Below, piece after piece: positions 55,203 through 64,000 of a stretch of DNA of 64,000 nt (within the stretch, counting starts at the first letter, position 1; every line of letters starts with the position of its first letter). The DNA comes from Octopus sinensis (lineage: Eukaryota). The position numbers were made by a program, and so were the translations under genes. The stretch is from contig NC_043003.1 in NCBI RefSeq assembly GCF_006345805.1, positions 67,890,001 to 67,954,000 on the forward strand, read 5' to 3'. The notes under the pieces are model-generated. The model had not been told where the DNA came from and did not search any database. It worked only from the letters and a program-made list of their open reading frames with translations.

Positions 55203-55284
55203 ATGTGTGTGTGTGTGTGTATAACTATATAAATAGAAATAGATAGATAGGTGAAAGATATATATATATATATATATAATAGAT

Positions 55285-55336
<52 letters not shown>

Positions 55337-57202
55337 GCATTTTAGAGTACATATGTGTTTGTGTGTTTGTAGAAGTGTCTATTTTGTGTGTCCAGGGATT
55401 TTGAATGAAATAAGTAAATCTTGGCAATAAAATTCTTCAAATGCTACACAAAGGGACTTGAGCTTAGCATAAGTTCCTTTTATAGCCTTTTAGCCTGTAT
55501 CTTGAAAGAATAAATGTACTGGTAGCTATATCATGAAAAGAATAAAATGTATATTCATAAATGTTATTCTAATATGAAGTCACACGCTCACTCTAATGCA
55601 GATCTATACATATGAAACCTGACATTCACCTTTATACCTCTCTGAAAATGTCAAATATACTAGCATATGTGAGTGTTTTTATGCGTGACATGCATAGGAA
55701 AAGTAGTGCACCCGCCTTTCCTAGACTAACAAGGACACATAAAATGATAGGGCAATTTATAATGAATCGATATATATATATAAACAAGGTAGCGCAATAT
55801 AGGAAGAGTGAGACAGAAGAGGAAAGTGACATACGGGAATAGTATCATTATTATATGTGTGAAAACGCGAGTGTTCAGAAAAATAACCGCGACATTTAGA
55901 TATTAAAAATGCAACAGCTACTATATTATTAGGAAAGATATTAAGAGTTGCGTTAATCCCAAGCTTATATAGTATTAGATCTGTGACAATGATGGCTTTG
56001 GGAAATTTGTTTATTGCCATGTCAACGCCTCTGAATATTCAATGTTTTATTTTACAAACAGGATATAAATTAAAGAGATAAGCAGTGCTTCGAACATTAC
56101 AGCATTCAACTTAAACTCGGTCAACAATATTTCCCAAGTGGCCCTTCAACTAATTTGAAATTCATTGACTGGGATAGCAAATCTCGGGTTTTGTGTAAAT
56201 TGAAGTGTCTTCTGTCGCATTAGCACTACTATAGGCATGAGTGCAATCCCGTGTATAATCACATCATATTTGTCGTATTGTTGACGGGTTATATACGCTT
56301 CTTAACGATCTCACTAGCATCGTCACATAATCACCTAACCTAAATTAAACAACTTTATAGGGATCACTTCTTAGGCGAAGCTTCTGCAGCATAGTCATGA
56401 ATGTTGGAAAGATTAAATGAGTCCGTAGGTTGACAAATATTCATTCTAGTCAATCGTGCATGCTGAGTGGTAACTATAACAATCTCCTGAAACTAATAAC
56501 AACAGCAACCACTTGATGCTATTGGCCCAAATATTTTTTCACACCTCAAAACGTCGGTTTGATAATGCTATTGTAGTTTGGGGAACAATTCGGTATGAAT
56601 TCTTCTCTCTTCCCTAATATGCTTATGTGAAAATGGGGGTCATCCCGCCAATATTCCCTAACAAATATCGTTTCTCCTAAATATGTAACAGAATTTTGCC
56701 TTGTCAACCATACAGCTGATGTCCTAAAAGGTTGACTCACTTCTTAGCAATTTCGAAACAAAATGATAGCGATACAATGCCATGCAATCTTTATTGTGTC
56801 ATATTTATTTTTGGTTCAGAGAAGGAGTTTTACAGGATTCGCATCAAAATACAACTGCTCATATTCCCTATTAGATTTTCTGCCTCGCAAGCATTATGCA
56901 TTCTGAAACATTATGCATTCTTTTCATACAATCATTTGGCATCTCTTGGGATGTTATCCGGTTCAATATGTCTTAGAAATGTACACAATTTTTCCAAATA
57001 TGTGCACCATTTTCTTCGAGTTGATGCAGATTTTAACACACGAGTGTGCTGTTTGTTTTCAGAAACAGTTTTAGTTGTTATTCTTGAACGAATAACTGCA
57101 CTAGCTCTCTTTGTATGTTGTAGGATTTTAAAGTACGGCAGACTGAATTGATTTATTTTTCTTTCTATTCTTGGACAGTAACTGATACGAATACAAGGTT
57201 AC

Positions 57203-57284
57203 CCAAAGGTAGCATTGTGCCACAGCTTCAAAAATAATGTATGCATTTTATCACTCGTGTTTGCGCCTTCTTGCCAGGTGTGGC
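57203..57284 (-). CDS. Candidate exon of an unidentified gene
   Basis: ttatttaacgcag| precedes 82 bp ending in |gtaacc. Only one frame is open (HTWQEGANTSDKMHTLFLKLWHNATF). Confidence 0.28.
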
Positions 57285-57770
57285 CTGCGTTAAATAAGTC
57301 CACTGGTTATTTTCCAAAACAATTTCGGGAGTGCTGGAGTATTATCATTATTATCAATATCATTATAACTCATCATTGGTCTTAAGTAATAGTCTTGGCT
57401 GAATCGCTTACACTAATGGTGAGTGTCTTGCTTCTTCAGAGCAAATATTGCAGTTTCCCTTATTGTCGCATACAAACATACTTTAAAAACGTTATTGACT
57501 TGCAGAAATTAGAGGTCATGTGTGCATTAAATGTGTGTGCCATAATGTGGGTCGTAAGGAACGTTGCACCTCCTGTCAGTCACCTACTATTCCACAGAAA
57601 TTTAGTAAACTCAATCCTCATTTACACGTCTGTATATGAGCTAATCGTTTCCACCAGTTGGGATATATTTGACAGAGGCTTTGGAAAAGTTTTACAACAG
57701 TATTTCAGTTTCTAACCACAGTGCATTTCTGTTGATTTCACTTTATGGATCTTACCGATCTGGACTATAA

Positions 57771-57931
57771 CAGGAGTGGCTGTGTGGTAAGTAGCTTACT
57801 TACCAACCACATGGTTCTGGGTTCATTCCCACTGCGTGACACATTGGGCAAGTGTCTTCTACTATATCCTCGGGCCAACCAAAGCATTGTGAGTGGATTT
57901 GGTAGACGGAAACTGAAAGAACCCCGTCGTG

Positions 57932-57981
<50 letters not shown>

Positions 57982-58195
57982 TATGTGTGTATATGTTTGT
58001 GTGTCTTTGTCCCCCAACATCGCTTGACAGCCGAAGGTGGTGTTTTTATGTCTCCGTAACTTAGTCGTTCGACAAATGAGACCGATAGAATAAGTACAAG
58101 GCTTTTAAAAAATAAGTCTTGGGGTCAATTTGGTCGATTAAGGCGGTATTCCAGTATGGCCGCAGTCAAATGACTGAAACAATTAAAGAGTAAAG
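57771..58195 (+). mobile_element. SINE family A, full length
   Basis: Head, microsatellite and tail are present. Confidence 0.92.
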
Positions 58196-58344
58196 GAGTT
58201 CTTTCTCCCTGCCAAATCTCTACCAATCAATTTGATGGGAGTCAATATATATTTGTTAAGCACATGTACCTTCACTCAGTAATTATTCATTTCAGAGGCT
58301 TTAGATATGACACTTAGTTACTCATACAGTTATATATATATGCG

Positions 58345-58720
58345 TGGAGGCGCAATGGCCCAGTGGTTAGTGCAGCGGACTCGCGGTCATAGGATCGCGG
58401 TTTCGATTCCCAGACGGGCGTTGTGAGTGTTTATTGAGCGAAAACACCTAAAATCTCCACGAGGCTCCGGCAGGGGATGGTGGTGATCCTTGATGTACTC
58501 TTTCACCACAACTTTCTCTCACTCTTACTTCCTGTTTCTATTGTACCTGTATTTCAAGCGGCCGGCCTTGTCACTCTCTGTGTCACGAGAACTACGTTAC
58601 GAGAACTACGTTAAGGGTACACGTGTCTGTGGAGTGCTCAGCCACTTACACGTTAATTTGACGAGCAGGCTGTTCCGTTGATTCGGATCAACCGGAACCC
58701 TCATCGTCGTAACCGACGAA
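58345..58720 (+). mobile_element. SINE family B, full length
   Basis: Intact head tggaggcgcaatggcccagtggttag. Confidence 0.92.
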
Positions 58721-58722
58721 GA

Positions 58723-58780
<58 letters not shown>

Positions 58781-58789
58781 ATATATATA

Positions 58790-58925
58790 TGCACTGGACG
58801 AGTAATCACAGGGATGTGAGTTCGAGTCTCAGGGCTAGCAGCCGACAGATTTTTCTGCAAAATAGCTTATCCTGTTAACGCTATATTATTAGCATTATCT
58901 TGAGTTTGAGAATTATATCATTTCT
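58790..58925 (+). mobile_element. SINE family D fragment
   Basis: gtgagttcgagtctc...ttttctgcaaaatagcttatcctgtt...gtttgagaatt matches 7170-7297. Confidence 0.75.
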
Positions 58926-60093
58926 TTATCTATATAATTCAAAGTGTAATAAACTGCGATGTTATATTTGCTTATAACCATAGACAGAAATTGCATCCGC
59001 AACGTTTAATATTTCCGCTTAAATTAACTAAAATAAATGTTATAATGTGCGTGCGGAAAATAATAAGTCAGTTTACATTGATTACATATTCTGCTAAAAC
59101 TGCTACCTTTCCGAACAAAAATAGATAATTCTAGATAGAAATAAATCAATATAAATCGTGATAGAAAAATACGAGAGAACAACAGCGAAAGTATAGAACC
59201 GTTAAAGTTTTGAATCTGGTTAAAGAAGCGAAGTAGAAGAATAAACACAGAGACTTGGCACTGTGGAGCGAGTGGAGCAGTTAATAAAAGCTAGAAAAGA
59301 ACAAAGGGAGAATTTTGATATACATTATCATACAAAAAGAGACATATGATCAAACTTTCTTAAATGTGTAATAGATTGCACAATTAAAAACTACATTTGT
59401 TCCTGACAGTAAATATCCTCAAAAGCATAATATCTGACGTCTCGCCTTACTAAAATTAAATAACTTTAAAGATTATATTATAACGTTAAAGAAAGAGTTC
59501 GGTAAAGGGAGAGAAATAAATAGCTATAGAGAGATTGAGAAATAAAATGAATGGGAAACGTGAAATGGTAATGGTTTTAACGAGAAGCAAGGGAATAGTT
59601 AAATAGATATTTAAAACTTTGGCAGAATCAGACAACCTAGATGGAAAAGAAAAAAAAAGAAGGGTGAGATGGAAGTATTATCGCACAGGAAAAGTTCTTC
59701 CTTGCTCCTATAAGTGTAAATTAATTGATCAATAGATACTTGATAGAATTAGAGAAACTTATAGATGCAATTGAGAAAGCGATCGAAAGGAAAATAGAAG
59801 AACTACAGAACATGACTGAATCAATATGAAAGGTAAAATAAAGAAAAAAGTTGAAATAGAAAATCTCTCGCCTGGGAGAAGGAAGAGGAGATGTGACAAT
59901 GAAAGTTTTAACACAAAAGTGGAAGTGAAGAATCAGGAGAAAAGGTCACAAAGAAAGGATGAGCAAATATACCAAAACTTTTCTCATGTAGGTATATGTT
60001 GCATATTGTGGAAGGTGAAGTGTGTTTATGTTTGTATGTATGTGAGTGTGCCTCGCCATTATATTCCACATGTATGTAATGTGCATATATATA

Positions 60094-60208
60094 TCGGAAA
60101 TCTTCAATGACCCCATAACTACAGTTCCGGTTACAACCTTGTAGCCACAGTAATACGTTGCAGTACCTACCTAGCGTAGCTAATCGTTTATATAACCTGT
60201 GAACTAAA
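60094..60208 (+). repeat. Diverged copy of the unit A short interspersed repeat seen at 23003
   Basis: tcggaaatcttcaatgaccccataactac...cctagcgtagctaatcg aligns to unit A. Confidence 0.7.
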
Positions 60209-60256
60209 TACCCATACGCTGTATATATATATGTTATATATATATATGTATATATA

Positions 60257-60322
<66 letters not shown>

Positions 60323-60330
60323 TATATATC

Positions 60331-60685
60331 GTGGCACTCCGTCATGGTTCCAGTTGATCCGGTCATCGGAACTCCCGTGAAATTAACGAGCAAATTGGCT
60401 GAGCACTCCACAACACGTGTGCCCTTGACGAAGTCCTGGGGAGATTCAGCGTGCCACAGAATGTGACAAGGCTGGGCCTTTGAAATAAAGGTAGAGTAGA
60501 AACGGGGAGAAAGAGTAAGAGAAAGTTGTGGTGAAAGAGTACAGCAGGGTCAGCCTCCACCACGTATCGGAGCCTCGCGGAGCTTTAGGTGTTTTCGCTC
60601 AACAAGTACTCACAACGCCAGGCCTGGGAATCGAAGCCGCGATACCACGACCGCAGGTCCGCTGCACTGACCACTGCACCATTGT
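60331..60685 (-). mobile_element. SINE family B, diverged
   Basis: Reverse complement of the family B body and head. Confidence 0.88.
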
Positions 60686-60705
60686 GTTTCCACAATACAA
60701 ATACA

Positions 60706-60744
<39 letters not shown>

Positions 60745-60940
60745 GTGAAATAGAAAGATGAATAATCTTGTAGTAGATTAATCAAAAGTTTAACCGATAC
60801 CTTAGTAGCAAAAATCACAGCAGTGAACAGCACGGTTGGAGGTACAACCATCTGTTTCGCCATGGGCTCTTAGGAGCACAGTTCGATTTGTTTTTTGCTC
60901 TGCCTCTGTTCTGTTTTTGTTTTTCCAACGGATTTCCTTT

Positions 60941-61029
60941 TTTCTTCCTGATGAGAAAGACACAATATGGTCCCATTATTCAATCGGATTTTGGTAATTT
61001 GTGCCTTTCGAAACACGTGTAGAATGAAA
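60941..61029 (+). ncRNA. Type I hammerhead ribozyme with an intact core
   Basis: Stem I 5' tttcttc; CTGATGA at 60948-60954; stem II 60955-60965 with 60999-61009 (10/11 pairs); GAAA at 61010-61013; palindromic stem III ACACGTGT; GTA cleavage triplet at 61019-61021; stem I 3' gaa(t)gaaa. Confidence 0.8.
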
Positions 61030-61090
61030 TAAAACGATTTCTGTTCAATCTGCGTTCAGCTCCATTTCTTCAATTCACCAATAATGTTTA

Positions 61091-61127
<37 letters not shown>

Positions 61128-61299
61128 AACATATACATGTGTGTGTATGTCTGTGTGTGTGCGTGTATACATTGTACGTTGTCACGATTATATTCAATAT
61201 ATTAACAATGACACAGCCCACATTATGCACGCGTGTGTGTGTGTTTGTGTGTGCCCGTCCATATATACAGGAGCGGATACTATAATTGCTTGAGATTCT

Positions 61300-61560
61300 A
61301 CCATCCACTAATCCCTAATATAATCTCGAAGGTGCTGAGAGACATACGCTCTGTGGATGTAGACGGCTTGAAATCTAAATTGGATTTCCTAACGTCAAAA
61401 GTCCCAGATGAGACAACTTCACGACAGGAAGCACGAATACTAGAAACAGCACCAAACTCCCTTATTCAACAAAGTCCAATCGTTAAAGGAACATTAATGA
61501 TAATGTAGCATCACAAGTTTGTAATGTATCAATATGGGCACAGCTCTGGAGCTGAAAATA
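61300..61560 (+). mobile_element. CR1-like LINE 3' end, related to 19150-19410
   Basis: LRDIRSVDVDGLKSKLDFLTSKVPDE...APNSL matches the tail of the 18.7-19.4 kb copy. Confidence 0.7.
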
Positions 61561-62137
61561 GCCAAGCGTTAAATGTATATATTTTGTCTATTCTTGCATA
61601 CACTATTTATTGTAGAAGGATTGGTATTTATGCGTTGCACTTTTTCTTTGAAACCGCTATTATTGAGATATTCGTTATATGCAGATTCTATTTCGTTTGG
61701 CGTTAAGTTTTTGATAATGATTCTGGATGGTTGGATGGATTATGTATATATTTAATTTTTTTGTTATTTTTCTTGTATAATTCATAAATATTTTATTCTT
61801 GATCAAGAGTAATATCTAGGAAGTTGATTAACTTTACTTGTATTTCTAATGTGATTGACAAGCCCAATGTTTTGAAGAAGTGATGTAGATCATTGCTCAC
61901 TGTCTCAGCTCTTGGAGGGTGTAAATTCTTAGTAGGAGTAGACGAATGGAAATTTGTTGTGTTATTTTTCTATGTGAATACCCACGATGCTGCTTATCTC
62001 CACGAGTCCTTTGGGCCCAGGATTCCATCAAATGGTTCCTTAGCGTTTGTTCTTAATCCAGAGAGTAACTGCATGATGTTATTCCAGAAGCGTTGGTAGT
62101 GTCCCTGAATGCCCACAGACCACGAGTTGAAAAAGAG

Positions 62138-62200
<63 letters not shown>

Positions 62201-62227
62201 CATACATACATATATATATATATATAA

Positions 62228-62328
<101 letters not shown>

Positions 62329-62469
62329 ATATACATACATAGCAAAAGCACTGAAAAAAACATAAAAACATCTGAGCTATCACCCACCACTATCATCCCA
62401 CTGCACATGCCATTAAAAAGCAAACAAATAAACAAAAGCAATTAAAACCATCCACTCTCGCCTCCACGT

Positions 62470-62750
62470 TTTTGCTTAACGCCCAAGGCATTACCCCTTC
62501 CACCAATGCTCAAAAATGGTAGATAAAATTCCTGGAGGATTGGGTTGATGCCCATCCAAATCACATCCCTTTCTTCGTCCTGACTGAAACCCATCTTAGT
62601 AACCTCCAGTTGGACGTCGAGGTGAAAGTTTAAAATTTCAAAGCCATTCGTGTTGATCGTGCAGGCAGAAGAAAGGGTGGGACTGCCATTTATGTTCATG
62701 ATTCTTTCGCAACAGAGGCTATGAACATATTTTCTAATGGATACATTATT
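62470..62750 (+). mobile_element. LINE AP-endonuclease N-terminal relic
   Basis: LLNAQGI...FVLTETHL...IRVDRAGRRKGGTAIYVHD. Confidence 0.78.
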
Positions 62751-62870
62751 TGTAAGCCTATTACTTATTCTATCGGTCTTTTTTCCGGCTGCTAAGTTAC
62801 GAGGCCATAAACATACTAACATCGGTTGCCAAGCGATGGTGGGGGGACAAATAACCATACACACACAAAT
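62750..62870 (-). mobile_element. SINE family A fragment
   Basis: Reverse complement of the family A 3' body. Confidence 0.75.
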
Positions 62871-62884
62871 ATATACATATATAT

Positions 62885-64000
62885 TACGTGGATATCTCCT
62901 CTCCGCAATCCACCCTTGTCAAACCACTTCCGTGGACCGTGCATCTGCGTTTCTCCTTACCTAACACCACGCTACCCTACCTCTCTAACGCATCATTCTC
63001 CAAGCTTTCCAGCGACTCCAGTCCGACCTCTCCCCTCCTTAAAACGAGCCCACAACTTACGAGACCTCTTGCTCCACAGTTTCTTCCCTAACACAACCTC
63101 CCACCCCTGCTCTTTCCCCTGCTCTCGCCTACGCTGTCGCACTTGCCCTTACTTCTCCCTCACAGGCTCTCACAATCAACACCTTCCTCACAGGCACACT
63201 TAATCGACCCTGTCATGTCACTTACTCCTTCACCTGCACTTCTAGCAACGTCATCTACTGCAACTCCTGCTCTTTATATCCGCTGTGCATCGGTCAAATG
63301 GACCTCACTTGGCTGACCGGTTTTCAGAACATCTCCGAGACATCAAACTCAGCAACCACACCCCAGTCTCACGCCATTTCCACTCTACCGGTCATTCTCT
63401 ACAACACCTGTCTGTGTTCGGACTGTCCTCACACAGAGTCTGTCCGGTCTCCCGTCTGTGAACAAGAATTAATCTTCTCTCTTCGTTCCACTTTCGCTCA
63501 ACTATCCTTCCCACTTCATTTAACCCCTCTCTTCTCTCCTTTCTTCCTCTCACACCTACTGCCTCCCTTCCCTCCTCTTCTCTCTTCACTCCTCTGTCTT
63601 CCACTCATTCCCTTCATTGTCAGTCCTCCATCGTTACCCCACCCCTACACATTCCAACCCCACCATCACTATGCATCCCATATACATTCGCCCCAGTCCA
63701 TCCCACACATTCCACTCCCACATACCCTATGAAACCCCAAGCACCCCACCATTGCTTTCACCACTCTCGCCTCCCCCATACCACACTAGTTACCACCATA
63801 TCACATCACACCAACTCGCACACACTTGCACTGACCACTTCCCAGCACACGCCATTAACCACACATCCACACATGCACTCACGCACACGTCAAGTTCAGC
63901 AGCCCCCATCCACACACACTGACACGCTCTCGCATACATACGCACACGCACTTTCGTTTTCGGATCACCGCCACTTTATTATCTCTCCTTCTTCCTAGCT
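62885..64000 (+). mobile_element. Penelope-like element GIY-YIG region plus C-rich 3' region (decayed)
   Basis: LKRAHNLRDLL...FPCSRLRCRTCPY, FTCTSSNVIYCNSC...CIGQ and RFSEHLRDIK...PVSRHFHSTGHSLQHLSVFG. Confidence 0.88.

Noticed and set aside
56732-57151. 139-aa ORF
   Set aside because: It has a non-ATG start and no recognisable domain or splice context.
59240-59960. Purine-rich stretch resembling a decayed LINE ORF1
   Set aside because: It is too degraded to show a diagnostic motif.

Overview
This is AT-rich, repeat-dominated eukaryotic DNA. The SINE families and dense (TA)n/(CA)n/(TACA)n microsatellites match my recollection of Octopus genomes, which is an inference and not a database result. 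No intact long ORF or recognisable host gene is visible, and nearly all entries in the ORF track are microsatellite or antisense artefacts. Supportable content: four tRNA-like SINE families; CR1-like LINE fragments, including a young GC-rich RT copy at 28.5-30.1 kb; several Penelope-like (GIY-YIG/RT) relics; mariner/Tc1/pogo relics; a composite non-autonomous Helitron next to a decayed RepHel relic; and scattered minus-strand exon candidates of an unidentified spliced gene (low confidence). The most notable observations are an apparently complete type I hammerhead ribozyme at 60941-61029 with three decayed relatives, several long fold-back hairpins, and (TA)n-associated inverted duplications, including a palindromic triplication near 23.5 kb that may be an assembly artefact.
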